A stretch of DNA of 63,370 bases, filler included, from Octopus bimaculoides (lineage: Eukaryota): NCBI RefSeq assembly GCF_001194135.2. It is 4 parts of 3 records of this genome, joined end to end, with 100 filler letters (N's around TTAATTAATTAA, not from the genome) between each part and the next. Parts side by side here need not be neighbours in the genome. Positions count along the whole stretch, not along the records: positions 49,403 to 60,627 come from NC_068988.1; positions 60,728 to 63,370 come from NC_068988.1; 2 more parts are not named here. One strand, written 5' to 3'. Both the position numbers and the translations under genes were made by a program. Positions 50,312 through 63,370 of the stretch are shown here, piece by piece (the first letter of the stretch is position 1; every line of letters starts with the position of its first letter). The notes under the pieces are model-generated. The model was not told the origin of the DNA. It searched no databases and worked only from the letters and a program-made list of their open reading frames with translations.

Positions 50312-50390
<79 letters not shown>

Positions 50391-50712
50391 NNNNNNNNNN
50401 NNNNNNNNNNNNNNNNNNNNNNNNNNNNNNNNNNNNNNNNNNNNNNNNNNNNNNNNNNNNNNNNNNNNNNNNNNNNNNNNNNNNNNNNNNNNNNNNNNNN
50501 NNNNNNNNNNNNNNNNNNNNNNNNNNNNNNNNNNNNNNNNNNNNNNNNNNNNNNNNNNNNNNNNNNNNNNNNNNNNNNNNNNNNNNNNNNNNNNNNNNNN
50601 NNNNNNNNNNNNNNNNNNNNNNNNNNNNNNNNNNNNNNNNNNNNNNNNNNNNNNNNNNNNNNNNNNNNNNNNNNNNNNNNNNNNNNNNNNNNNNNNNNNN
50701 NNNNNNNNNNNN

Positions 50713-50759
<47 letters not shown>

Positions 50760-51512
50760 GCTAAATAGGTATATATGCACACACATATATAGATATACAT
50801 ACATATACACACATACATATGTGTGTGTATGTGTGTGTGTGTGTTTGTATACATATGTGTGAATATGTGCGTATCTGTGAACTTTCCTAAATTAACTGTT
50901 TTGTTCTTTCTTTCAAACACATGGGAATCACACTTTATGAATACGAGGATCTAGTTAGACATTTTCTTACTATAGAAATGAAAAAAAACAAAACATAAAC
51001 AGTTGTTTTTAAGACACCATCCGAAAAATATGACTAATGATTGTGAGAAAAATATCCTCTACACAGTTAAATATTGTTGCTTTGCTTCAGAGAACCCTTG
51101 AGGAGATCTCTGAATAAAAGCCTTCCAAAAACGACCGTCACGTATTTTTTTCTGGCGGGATATCATAGAATTATGTATCGAATATGTCTCCCGTTTTCTT
51201 TTTCATTTTTTAAAAGAATTTTGGTATACTTGAAGGAGTACGTGGAGGAATTATCTCCTCTATCAAGTTGGTCGCTGATATGAGGGACCTTTTACTGTTA
51301 CTGTTTCCAGCAATCTGATTTCAAATCTGCGAGTATATATATAGAGCTGTATGAACGTTACACAATGGGAAATAGTTCTATGTAATTCTGAAAACTTCAT
51401 ATACACAGCACAAACACACGCATGTAGTTTGTATGCACGTATGTACGTGTTTATGCAAATATACGCGCACATGAGTAAGTGTACATGCCTGTCTATGGCA
51501 TGTATATGTGTT

Positions 51513-51562
<50 letters not shown>

Positions 51563-52519
51563 NNNNNNNNNNNNNNNNNNNNNNNNNNNNNNNNNNNNNN
51601 NNNNNNNNNNNNNNNNNNNNNNNNNNNNNNNNNNNNNNNNNNNNNNNNNNNNNNNNNNNNNNNNNNNNNNNNNNNNNNNNNNNNNNNNNNNNNNNNNNNN
51701 NNNNNNNNNNNNNNNNNNNNNNNNNNNNNNNNNNNNNNNNNNNNNNNNNNNNNNNNNNNNNNNNNNNNNNNNNNNNNNNNNNNNNNNNNNNNNNNNNNNN
51801 NNNNNNNNNNNNNNNNNNNNNNNNNNNNNNNNNNNNNNNNNNNNNNNNNNNNNNNNNNNNNNNNNNNNNNNNNNNNNNNNNNNNNNNNNNNNNNNNNNNN
51901 NNNNNNNNNNNNNNNNNNNNNNNNNNNNNNNNNNNNNNNNNNNNNNNNNNNNNNNNNNNNNNNNNNNNNNNNNNNNNNNNNNNNNNNNNNNNNNNNNNNN
52001 NNNNNNNNNNNNNNNNNNNNNNNNNNNNNNNNNNNNNNNNNNNNNNNNNNNNNNNNNNNNNNNNNNNNNNNNNNNNNNNNNNNNNNNNNNNNNNNNNNNN
52101 NNNNNNNNNNNNNNNNNNNNNNNNNNNNNNNNNNNNNNNNNNNNNNNNNNNNNNNNNNNNNNNNNNNNNNNNNNNNNNNNNNNNNNNNNNNNNNNNNNNN
52201 NNNNNNNNNNNNNNNNNNNNNNNNNNNNNNNNNNNNNNNNNNNNNNNNNNNNNNNNNNNNNNNNNNNNNNNNNNNNNNNNNNNNNNNNNNNNNNNNNNNN
52301 NNNNNNNNNNNNNNNNNNNNNNNNNNNNNNNNNNNNNNNNNNNNNNNNNNNNNNNNNNNNNNNNNNNNNNNNNNNNNNNNNNNNNNNNNNNNNNNNNNNN
52401 NNNNNNNNNNNNNNNNNNNNNNNNNNNNNNNNNNNNNNNNNNNNNNNNNNNNNNNNNNNNNNNNNNNNNNNNNNNNNNNNNNNNNNNNNNNNNNNNNNNN
52501 NNNNNNNNNNNNNNNNNNN

Positions 52520-52551
<32 letters not shown>

Positions 52552-53499
52552 TATATATATATATGAATATATATATGAGTATAAATAAATAAACAAATAT
52601 ATATGTATATATACAAACTACATGTGTATGTATACATACATACATACATACATACATAATACATACATATCTATATATATATACACACACACACACGCAT
52701 ACATGCACATATATATCCTTATATCTGTACATAATAGCTGTCGTCTAAAGATAACAAATACTTGCTAAATTCCAGCATTATCGCTATCTTCACAGTGTGA
52801 GGCCATATAAGTTCCCGCCAGAGTGTATCTTTACGTCTACAATAACTTTATAACTCCCATTTTGATAATTTACACTAATACACAACCATAAAGACACTGT
52901 TACAGCTTGCCATTCTTTTCATCCTTCTCATTCTTCAAATGTATCAGCACTTACATGCCCGTACCTCGGGAATCTGCTTTATAGATGCTCAGTACCAGAC
53001 ATTTTGTCCATTACTGCGCATCGGTAGGAACGCTTGTTATTGAAATGGTACCACAGTGTATCATAAAGTTTTGATCGAACTCTTTACCCAATCTGTTGCT
53101 GATTGCGCTCAAAAGTAGATCCAGTGGCTGTGCAACACTTTATACGCTCAAGAAATAATTTTATTAGGTCATGAGTAGACTTTCACCATATTTATATATA
53201 ATATATATGTGTGTTTGTGTGTGTATACAAATTATGGGGGTTTAGTTCACAGGTGATCTAAACGATTATATACGCTAGGTAAGTGCTGTAACGGATTGCT
53301 GTTGCTCCATGGTTATAGCCGAGACGGTACTTGTAGATCCATTGCAGATTTCCCAGCGGATATATAATTGTTAAACACGACAGCAAACATCTCAAATCAT
53401 ATACAATACTATAAAGAAATTGAAGATCTTACAGCTGTTTCTGAGATATTCCCGAATATGGGATATTCCATATATATATATATATATATATGCACAAAC

Positions 53500-53950
53500 T
53501 AACACAATGGTTACCATTCACATACTACCTAAACCACCGCTTCCCTCTTACTCCCACTTTCGACCTCTACTACTATTACTCCCTACTAGCCTCATTAATA
53601 TACCCTAACCCTGAAATTTATTTTTTCCTCCCACTACTCTCTATCTAAATACCTCCCAAGTTCTTCTAATGCCCTTAGTTCTCCACAAAATCACGCCATC
53701 TTTAATCTCCTTTTTGTCAACACCTTAAATGTAAAACTTCTTCCCTGAAGATGGAGGCTGGTATTATCCGATGATGGAATCAATTAACAATCATTATTTT
53801 GCACCATCAAGCTCCCAGAAACAGCTGTTGGATTCGTAAAATTTTTATTCAATCCCTTTAGTTCTTGATATCATTTCTTTTCTATGTCAGTCGTATCTTA
53901 CATTTTTTTTGCATTAAATGTATCTAACATTTTTTATATATCGACTTAAC
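53500..53950 (+). mobile_element. probable Penelope-like pLTR segment
   Basis: C/T-rich leader, then a hammerhead motif and T-rich trailer; boundaries approximate. Confidence 0.5.
53742..53832 (+). ncRNA. type I hammerhead ribozyme, near-intact
   Basis: TCC-CTGAAGA-TGGAGGCT...TGATGG...CCATCA-AGCTCCCA-GAAAC-AGCT-GTT-GGA. Stem II is imperfect, stem I only 3 bp, triplet GUU. Confidence 0.6.
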
Positions 53951-53984
53951 TAACTTGCTTATCCTTACATTTACTCCTATATGT

Positions 53985-54005
53985 TGTTGTTGGTGGTGGT
54001 GATGT

Positions 54006-54075
<70 letters not shown>

Positions 54076-54155
54076 GGTGGTGGTGGTAGCAGCAGCAGCA
54101 GCACTTTTGGTGGTGGTGGTAGCAGCAGCAGCAGCAGCACTTTTGGTGGTGGTTG
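53985..54155. repeat. compound trinucleotide array (GGT/AGT/AGC) with a duplicated (GGT)n(AGC)nACTTTT unit
   Basis: Read directly. Confidence 0.9.
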
Positions 54156-55276
54156 TCTTAATCACACTGTCCACATCCGGCAGCCCTATCCACTCATTTG
54201 TCAATCTTCACATTCACGCTAACGATTTTTCAAAACAGTTGATTGGGCGTGTTTTCCAGAACATACTCCGCTGTAATTCAATTTAATTTATGAATAGAGA
54301 TTTTTTTTTCTTGTAGCGAGTGAGTGAACAGGATGAGATAGGAGTCGGTCAGGTATAATGATTGCACTGTCACCGAAATGAATTTGTATCGGAAACGAAA
54401 TAGAGATAAATAAAATAAATAAATAAACGATATTTAACGACGAAATAAATTTGAAAATTAATAGGGTTTTTCCTTTTACATACTTCCTTCACACATTCAA
54501 CCTTTTTTCTGTAAGGGCTGTGCACTCTGAGTGTTAATTACAAGGCTAGGCCGGATACTTGCTGTAACAAGACACTATTTTGTTAAAGTATAAGTGGGGA
54601 GGAACAAATAATATATAATTTTCTCAGATTGGGCTGATGCGAAGCTAGGAAGAAAAAAACAAAACAGCAACACAAATAACAGCTTCATTCGTATGTTTCT
54701 CACAATTATTCAGGCTTTCCATTGTTAACAACCGGTGGTGATACTTCAATACTTCAACATTTGCAGCAGTATTCAAGTAAAGGGCATTTATCTTTCTAGT
54801 CATACAATGACAACACGGCCGCTAACAATTCGGTTTTCAACTTGAACCCCGTCACCGTTTTATCAGTGACCCTATAAATTACTTAGAGCACACACCACCG
54901 AGTGGGTAAGGTTTCCAAGTATCACCTCAAGATATTTGTTTTCGCATTTCATTACGACTATACTGAAATCTCCCGTTAAATCTGAAAAATATTTCCCATT
55001 GAAGGTGATATTCCGTCTCTGTTATATGACGAATTCTACTTTTTTTTCTCTTTTTCTTTCGCTTAGGTTAGCTCAAACCGAGTTGCCGTGCTCATTTTAT
55101 CTTTCTAAGAGCCCATTGTCAAATTGTTCCTTTTGTTTATGAAGATGTTGAGCGCTTATTCGAACGACATCTGGCCTTTATTTCTCGTAGATTGAACATC
55201 TCCGTAGAAGCTACTAAGTTTCTCAGATCGTAAGTATTTTCGCCATATATAATATACTACAGAGTCGACCAATACA

Positions 55277-55817
55277 CTTTTACTTGTTTCAGTCATTTGA
55301 CTGCGGCCATGCTGAGCACCGCTTTTAGGCGAAGAAATCGACACCAGGACATATCTTTTTGTAAGCCTAGTACTTATTGTATCGGTCTCTTTTTGCCGAA
55401 TCGCCAGGTGACAGGGACGTAAACATACCAGCATCGGTTGTCAAGCGATGTTGGGGTGACAAACACAAACACACAAACATATACACAAACATATATATAT
55501 ATATATATATATATANNNNNNNNNNNNNNNNNNNNNNNNNNNNNNNNNNNNNNNNNNNNNNNNNNNNNNNNNNNNNNNNNNNNNNNNNNNNNNNNNNNNN
55601 NNNNNNNNNNNNNNNNNNNNNNNNNNNNNNNNNNNNNNNNNNNNNNNNNNNNNATATACATATATATATATATGACGGGCTCCTTTCAGTTTCCGTCTAC
55701 CAAATCCACTCACAAAGCTTTGGTCGGCTCGAAGCTATAGTAGAATACACTTGCTCAAGATGCCACGCAGTGGGACTGAACCTGGAACCATGTGGTTGGT
55801 AAGCAAGCTACTCCTGC
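55277..55817 (-). mobile_element. SINE family B, complete copy with gapped internal microsatellite
   Basis: Colinear and highly similar to 12682-13176; CpGs intact. Confidence 0.9.
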
Positions 55818-55851
55818 GCATAATAAATATACAGCTGGTTGTCCCGACATA

Positions 55852-56070
55852 TACGAAGCCTGATCAATAAGTGTACGGACTTGACAAGGATTGACCTTAA
55901 ATTCTGCTGCGCATGCGCACTAAGATCTTTGTGCTATTTTACTTCCGCTGTTCACAGCAGTGCTAAGAAGGAAGCTGTGAGGGGAAACCGTCGAATCCCT
56001 ATCCATGAGTTATCAGAGGATGTGCAGATTAGTTATGGTTCAGTTCAATCCATTATAGATACATTAAGTT
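55852..56070 (+). mobile_element. internally deleted mariner fragment
   Basis: TA-CGAAGCCTGATCAATAAGT TIR-like start; KEAVRGNRRIPIHELSEDVQISYGSVQSII matches the second mariner HTH. Confidence 0.75.
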
Positions 56071-57177
56071 GCGTACTGGGGTCGATCTAATTCGACTGGT
56101 CCTCTCCCCCAAAATTTCGGATATTTCCCTTTGTATAAGGAAGATAGGAAACGTTTGTTTTTTTTTTATTAGACTGCAGCAAAAATGACTACACTGTACT
56201 TAAATATACCTCCTTTTCAGGTGAGGAGGCAGTTATTCTCTCCTCATAGATTTTGAACTGACAGAATACAATAATTCTTCCAGAAACTCTGCTACCTCTG
56301 ACGGAGACTATCTAACACTAGTTACCTTGATTTCTAGTTTTCATCATAAATACTTCAATCTCCAGGAAGGAAATTGCTTTGGTAAACACATAAACTCCTT
56401 TGTAAAACCACATTTACTATTTATATAGATATGAAAGAGTAAGTATGTAAGAATCGTCAATGACATAATATTTGATGTATAATATTATACAAGACCGTAT
56501 TATAATGATATTTAGAATGCGATATCGTACCCTCAAAAATTACTTCAAGCTCGAGAAATAAAGAAAACTAAATCTTCAACAATTTACAAATGCTTTGCAA
56601 GGGATCAATGCACACCACCTTGTTTATTACTGCGTTAATCTTCTATTTTATTATTATTTCGAATTCTCCATTCTTATTTCTTATACCCTTTCTCCGTGAC
56701 AATAATCATTGCTTCCGTAGAAGTATATCTTTTGCAAAGTGTACTTGTCCTTTATTATTCAACAGTGCCTGTTGTCCATTGAAAACTTCGGAGAAGCAAT
56801 GTTGTTATACTAGATATCAACAACGTATCTCTCGAATGAAAAACAATATAGAATATCTGTATATTACTGGAGTATAATGATACGCTGGAACACAACAAAT
56901 GGATCTCCGTACGTTATGATGATAAGTATTGCGGTGGGTTGAAAAACTTAACTACTTTGTCATTGGATTATAGAGTAAATATCTGATTATTCTACAGATA
57001 CCTGGCGTTAACCATAACTGATCTCCAAATAGAACCAAATAGACTTCCGCATAATTTTCAGTTTAGCTATGCCCGGGTCTATAATACATGGCACAGTTAC
57101 GCAATGATACCGAGTTTGACAATTATTTTGGAAGGGAATTTCTTTACTATTCGTCAATATATAAATATATATATATA

Positions 57178-57483
57178 TTATTCTATCGGACTTTTTTACC
57201 GAACCGCTAAGTTATGGGGAATTAAACATACCAGCTTCAGTTTCAAGCGAATTTGGGGCGCGGGGTGCAAACACAGACACACAAACACACGCAAACACAC
57301 GCAAACACACACACATATATATATACATATACATATATACGAGGGGCATTCTTTCAGTTTCCGTCTACCAAATCCACTCACATGGCTTTGGTCGAAGACG
57401 CTTGCCCAAGCTTCCACGCAGTGGGACTGAACCCGGAACCATGTGGTTGGTAAGCATGCTACTTACCACACAGTCACTCCTGT
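57178..57483 (-). mobile_element. SINE family B copy
   Basis: Head and partial tail around a short (CA)/(TA) tract. Confidence 0.85.
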
Positions 57484-57819
57484 CTTCAAAAATTTTTTAT
57501 CCATATATGTACATTGCTCCATTCGATTCACGTAAGCAACTTGTAGCCTTCAGTAAATGAGAGACAACCTGTTAAACTTTATCATGAAGAACCACGATGC
57601 ATCACGTTTCTTCTGAATGAAATTCATTGTTTTCTGCAAGCGAGATGACCAGAAAGAAGTGTTTTGATAAAGAATTATTCTAGCAGCATGAGGAATTTGA
57701 AAGACCTGTGGCACCAAAAACAAACGAAACAAAATGTCATGTCTACTTTTGCATTATGCATGATGCAATCCTCACATGTATTTGTGTGCATGTATGCATG
57801 TGTGTAAATATATATATAC

Positions 57820-57850
<31 letters not shown>

Positions 57851-58012
57851 TGTATGTATGTATGTATGTATGTATGTATGTATGTATGTACAAATATCCT
57901 TATCGAACTGGAAGTGATAGTTAATCCTTGTCAGTTTACGAATAGCCAAAAGGAAAGCTAGGTGGATGTGTGTGAGCATTTGTTTGTGCATGTGTGTGTT
58001 TGTGTGTGTGTG

Positions 58013-58063
<51 letters not shown>

Positions 58064-59985
58064 NNNNNNNNNNNNNNNNNNNNNNNNNNNNNNNNNNNNN
58101 NNNNNNNNNNNNNNNNNNNNNNNNNNNNNNNNNNNNNNNNNNNNNNNNNNNNNNNNNNNNNNNNNNNNNNNNNNNNNNNNNNNNNNNNNNNNNNNNNNNN
58201 NNNNNNNNNNNNNNNNNNNNNNNNNNNNNNNNNNNNNNNNNNNNNNNNNNNNNNNNNNNNNNNNNNNNNNNNNNNNNNNNNNNNNNNNNNNNNNNNNNNN
58301 NAAAGAGTGAATGAATAGACGAAATTGAATTGATGAACCGGTCAGCGGAACAAATAGTTTGTTTTATTGTTTATTTTTTGTTTGGTTTTTAAAACGCGCC
58401 AACACCTCTAGGCATCCTTTTACCCTAGGGAATATCAAATTGACCTTACAATCGTAAAATTAGTTTTAAAAGCGAAAATACAAGGAAAAATAAAACAAAG
58501 GGAAATGAAAGAAACTGATTTTTTTTTTTTTTACGAGAGAAATTAAATGATAAACAAACATTACTCTTTCTTTTTTGTCTTTTAAATTTTAATCTATTTC
58601 TGGAATCACTTTTAATGCTTGCTAAATGTTCATTTAAGTTAGTGAGTCTAAATCATCTCATACGTGAGATTAATGTGTAATTATGCAATAAAAGAAGTAG
58701 AAATTACTTTAAATTCAAATTTATATTGAAATCTATCGATTGCTTTTTTGTTTTCTCTCAATGATTTTTATATTATTTAATTTTGTATATTTTTTTCTCA
58801 TTTTAATTATAGATATTTATTTTTGTAAAAAGAAAACTCTCGCCCATTTTATCTCTTTACTCATTTACAACATCTTTTCATTCACACAGCTTGAAATTTG
58901 TCTGTAACTAGCGTAAAGTTTTGCCTGTAGCCTTGTTGGTTATTTAAAAATATCATTTCCAGCATGGGTGTTCTTCATTGCCTGAGGTCTTGACTATTTT
59001 CTGCCATGGAATTGCACTCGACATCATGCTAACATATTTTAGTCTGTCAAATATAGACACTTTTTCATCAAAAGCTAAAACGGAGAAGCGTAATGTCTGC
59101 CTAAGACAAACAAATTCTCATTAGCAAGCAGGAGGTTTAAAGCTATCGAAGCCAGTAATATATGGTTTAGTTTACGTTTGCGAGTGACTTTCTACCGGCA
59201 CCTACTTGTTTAAACATACATTTCTGTCTTGAATTAAGAAACGGAATATGTTTGACAAAAGATCATTCTTTTAACGTGATATGCATTGGATAAATTTCCT
59301 ATAACAAGTTTTATATGTCAGAGATACAGTGATCAGTTATATTATCGAATTTTCTTTTACGTGCAAATGTTGGAAACAGACAGTAGGTAATATATTGGGC
59401 TGTTTTTAGATGACTTCATCGTACATGATTTTCCATCATACTATTCACAATGTTTGCAAGAGTGTCGTCTCCATTAGAAGAAACCAAGCGCGAAGTGTAA
59501 GCGGTAAAGAGAAGGATGTTCACATGTTCCTACAAGAGAAAAATGCATCGACGGGCTTCCACATAGTATCCTTCTATCAAATTTCACTCATTAGTCTTTA
59601 GTCAACGTGACTCTAAGGAATAAGCTATTTGCTTACGGTGCCAAACTTCGGAGTTGGAACTGAAGCCATATTGTTGTGCTTTGAACTTTTTACTAAATTG
59701 CCATTTCTACACCCACTACTCTCCAAACAATACGGTAATATTTAGAGTATACTTTGAAAAATCGAACATTGAGATAAGAAGTAATGGAAGAAGCATGTGA
59801 GTGACGAAGACTTAAGCTCGTGTACAAATCTGTCTTAATTGTATAGAAAAATTTAATGCAGAAAACAAGCAAGAAATGTATCATTTAAGAAATTACAATT
59901 TGTCAGTAGGTTGCACTCACCTGTTGCTTTTTGTAAATCTAGCTTTACAAAACTCAGTATTATGGGACTTATAAGGATTGGGATT

Positions 59986-60178
59986 GTGGAGGCACATGGC
60001 CTAGCGGTTAGAGCAGTGGATTCGCGGTCGAGGGATCACAACAACTTTCCCTCTCTCTTGCAGCTCACCTGTGACGGACTGGCATCCCGTCCAGGTGAGG
60101 AACATATACATCAATGAAACCGAGAAACCAGTCATTACGAGCCAGGCATGGGTCGAGAAGGAACAAAGAACAACAATG
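59986..60178 (+). mobile_element. tRNA-derived SINE family D (V-domain-like, (AAC)n tail)
   Basis: GGAGGCACATGGCCTAGCGGTTAGAG head; CCTGTGACGGACTGGCATCCCGTCCAGG resembles the V-SINE core (from memory); ends GAACAAAGAACAACAA. Confidence 0.7.
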
Positions 60179-60627
60179 ACTGCGATTATTTATTATGGGT
60201 AAAGCGCGCACAAAAGTTTCCATATACACGTCTATATATGCACAGGAAAATCGTAGGGTGGAAGGTAGAATACAGAAAAAATATGTGTAAAAAATATATG
60301 AGCAATAAACCTATAAAACAATATCTCTATAAATATGTAAAATATATAAAAACATATATGAGAAATATAAGTAAAAAGTATAGAGAGATAAAAGCTTGTA
60401 CGTAGACACAATATAGAAAGCAAATCTTATCTGTAATCTCGGGGGGACCAAAAACGTAACAAATATTTAGCCACATGTGGGCATGATCCGATTAACTTCA
60501 GCTCTTGAATTTAGACATATGGCGGGGTCGAAATTTCGTTTCCAGATGAGCCATCTTTCCATAACACCAAGACCGCACTTTCCGCTGCCGTTGGTGTAGG
60601 GCTCACACTTGGCCAAGATCTTCCAAT

Positions 60628-60727
60628 NNNNNNNNNNNNNNNNNNNNNNNNNNNNNNNNNNNNNNNNNNNNTTAATTAATTAANNNNNNNNNNNNNNNNN
60701 NNNNNNNNNNNNNNNNNNNNNNNNNNN
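60628..60727. other. artificial scaffold spacer N44-TTAATTAATTAA-N44
   Basis: Third occurrence of the same linker. Confidence 0.85.
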
Positions 60728-60818
60728 CACCACAGCAAACCACAGCACATACCCAAGGCGCACAGAGATGCGCTCGGTAGTGAAGTGAAAGCACGTTATA
60801 AAAATAAAACTACTGAAA

Positions 60819-60820
<2 letters not shown>
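60728..60820 (+). mobile_element. R4/Dong-like 3' UTR end
   Basis: GCACATACCCAAGGCGCACAGAGATGCGCTCGGTAG...ACTGAA aligns with 4180-4247; followed by (TAA)n to about 60917. Confidence 0.65.
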
Positions 60821-60895
<75 letters not shown>

Positions 60896-61089
60896 TGATG
60901 ATAATAATAATAATAATACACAAGCAAAAGCCCCATAGCAACACGTACACATACAATACAATATTCCCCACAAAACAAAATGCAGCATACACCACCCATC
61001 CAGCACAAAGATGCTAGAAATGATGCAATAAAAAGTTGCTTGAATCTTTCAAATGTTGAAAAATAATATTGATGATGACGATGTTGACG

Positions 61090-63266
61090 AACGTTACTTT
61101 ACTTAAGTTTATGAGAGACAGGAGTTTCCGAAAATGTCTGTAACAGCAGAAATGAAGCTGGATCCTTAAGGTTTGGCCTCTCGCACGGCATTGGAACAGA
61201 AAAGATGAAGACTGACCACAGCTATCGTCCTAATATAGCATCAGCTGATAACAGAGCAAGGGGGAGGAAGTGGACCAGCGAAGAAAACAGGATGGTGATA
61301 CAGTGCTACTTAAAAAATGAACCTAAAAGAAGCGCCTATAGAAAACGGCTTTTAACACTTGGGGTAGAAAAGGTTATACTCAAAGGGACTGAGGAGCGAT
61401 TAGGTGATCAAGCTAATGCTATTAAAAGAAAGTGGATGACAGAATTGCAGGAAGAAGAGATCACAAGAGAACTGGAAAAGAAAAGGGATCGAGCAGTGGA
61501 AAAGGCAATAACAACATAAGAGATACAGCTCAAACCAAAGAAGAACATAAAGGAAAAAATAATAATAGCGCCACCAGTAAGGAAGGGACAACTGCCACCA
61601 ACGACTTAAGTAATTTAAGTGAGTAAGATCAGAATATTTTAGATGAGTTGCAGGAAGAAATGAGTAAAGAAGTAAGAAAAATATTGCCAGCATTAAAAGA
61701 CATCAACAGCAGGAAGCTATAAGAAAAGACTAGGAAAGTACATTCTCTTATCAAGAGGATAGAGACTAAAAATACAGTAGACACGAACTTATTGATCTAT
61801 GTAGGACGGGTAGTAGTCACCAGAAGATTAGATATCTCACGGGGAAATATTAAAACAGAGCAAATGTGGAAAAGGAGACAACAAAATAAAGTGGAGTCTT
61901 TAAGAAAGATATGAGTGGAACAGAAACCTGGAAAAAGTTAGGAAACACAAGATGCAAATCTTCCCCCGTGAAAAAAAATATTTAGTCAAAGAGAGAGTGT
62001 TTGGGACAATAATAGCAGCGTTGAAACAGCGCATTATAGAAGTAGCAGACAAGCTCTCCAGATATCAGACAAGAAGAGACCAATATCAACAGAATATACT
62101 ATTTTAGACTCATCAGAGGAGATTTTAGCCAAAGTGGAGAACGAAGTACTGTAGATGAGAAAAGTATTGCAGAGAAAGTTAGAAAGTTCTGGATTTATAT
62201 TTGGGATATACCAGTCAATCATAATGGAGATGCAGTATGGTTAAAGAAAGCAAGGGAAGAAGTGGTGAGTGAGAAGCAGAAAGATCTATGATTAATCCGT
62301 GGATTAGTGAGTTAAGTATTAGGAAAATGCCGAATTGGAGGGGCTCGGGACCAGATTTAGTGCAAGGGTAGTGGTTCACGAAATTATATAGTTTACATGG
62401 GACGCTGAGGGAACAACGCATGGTCTATTATATATAGACAAAGCAGTTCTAAATAAAGTAAAAGCTAGAAAGAAAAATTCTAACAAAAGCATGGGTAGAT
62501 TACAAGAAAACCTATGGCATGATGCCACACTGATGGATAAGTGAATGTTTGAATATGTTCAGTATAGCAGACAACATAAGAGAATTAATTAGCTTCATTG
62601 CATAAAATACAGAATAGACAACACATCGGATAGTGATAAGTACAGAATCTGTGGACAAGACGGTGAAAGCTTATGGCATATTACCAGCAAATGTACGCCA
62701 CTAGCCTAGCAGGAATATAAGAGACGCCACGACAATATAGCCAGGCTAGTCCATTGGACACGTTGCAGCAAGTGTGGATTTGACAGAGAAACAAAATTGG
62801 TACGACCACAAACCCGAAGGCATCATCGAAAATGATAATGCAAAGATCCTGTGGGATTTTATGATTCAGTGCGACTATGAGATAATAGGACGCCAAACAT
62901 AGTCTTAATTGAGAAACAAAGCAATCGATGCTGGATCATAGATATAGCATGCCGAGCTGACAACAAGGTATGCGATAAGGAAGAAAGAAAAGTTGACAAA
63001 TATGACAAGTTACCTTGGAAGGTAAAGCAGTTGTGGTCGATGAAATAGTTAGTAGAGCCTTGGTAACAGTGAGTAAAAATCTCGACAAGTGCGTGGAACA
63101 AATGGAGGCTGCAATAAGTTTGGAGCACTTGCAGAAACCAGCAGTGCTTGGAACCGTTCGAATACTCCAGAAGGTTTTCCAAAAATAAGAGGTGTTACCT
63201 TAGTTCACTGGTAGTGAATAGCTGTCACTGTGGTACATCTCCAGCGTTAGAAGTTGTGCAAAGGCG
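61090..63266 (+). mobile_element. R4/Dong-clade LINE, 5' to 3' extent with large internal RT deletion
   Basis: N-terminus RKWTSEENRMVIQCYLKNEPKRSAYRKRL...EERLGDQA; MPNWRGSGPDLVQG*WF; AWVDYKKTY; RRHDNIARLVHW, WYDHKPEGIIENDNAKILWDF and RCWIIDIAC (RLE); ends LGTVRILQKVF. Confidence 0.92.

Positions 63267-63370
<104 letters not shown>

Noticed and set aside
52860-53110. Minus-strand RYGHV motif suggesting an RTE C-terminus
   Set aside because: Single short motif amid stops.
53977-54204. Poly-Thr/Ala ORF on the minus strand
   Set aside because: Product of a trinucleotide array; TTG start with a stop two codons upstream and no splice support.
59400-59850. Possible very old mariner remnant
   Set aside because: Only a vague HPPYSPD-like trace, not enough to support a call.

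Overview
AT-rich, microsatellite-dense eukaryotic DNA with many N gaps. It is most likely from an octopus or other coleoid cephalopod; this is an inference from the SINE families and repeat landscape, not a database hit. I found no intact protein-coding gene, rRNA, tRNA or CRISPR array, and almost all supplied ORFs are microsatellite or N-gap artefacts. The window holds decayed mobile elements: several R4/Dong-clade LINE pieces tied to (TAA)n arrays, RTE LINE fragments, a decayed Ty3/Gypsy (K02A2.6/Mag-like) element, mariner/Tc1 relics, TA-flanked MITEs and at least four tRNA-derived SINE families, including a head-to-tail array of about 8-9 copies. The best functional candidate is an apparently intact type I hammerhead ribozyme on the minus strand (48047-48173). 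It sits in a Penelope pLTR-like segment and has an unusually long nested stem II extension; a near-intact relative lies at 53742-53832 and there are several decayed ones. A CpG-depleted domain (about 21.4-42.6 kb) suggests the methylated body of an unidentified host gene. Three N44-TTAATTAATTAA-N43/44 spacers look like artificial contig joins, so long-range adjacency is not reliable.
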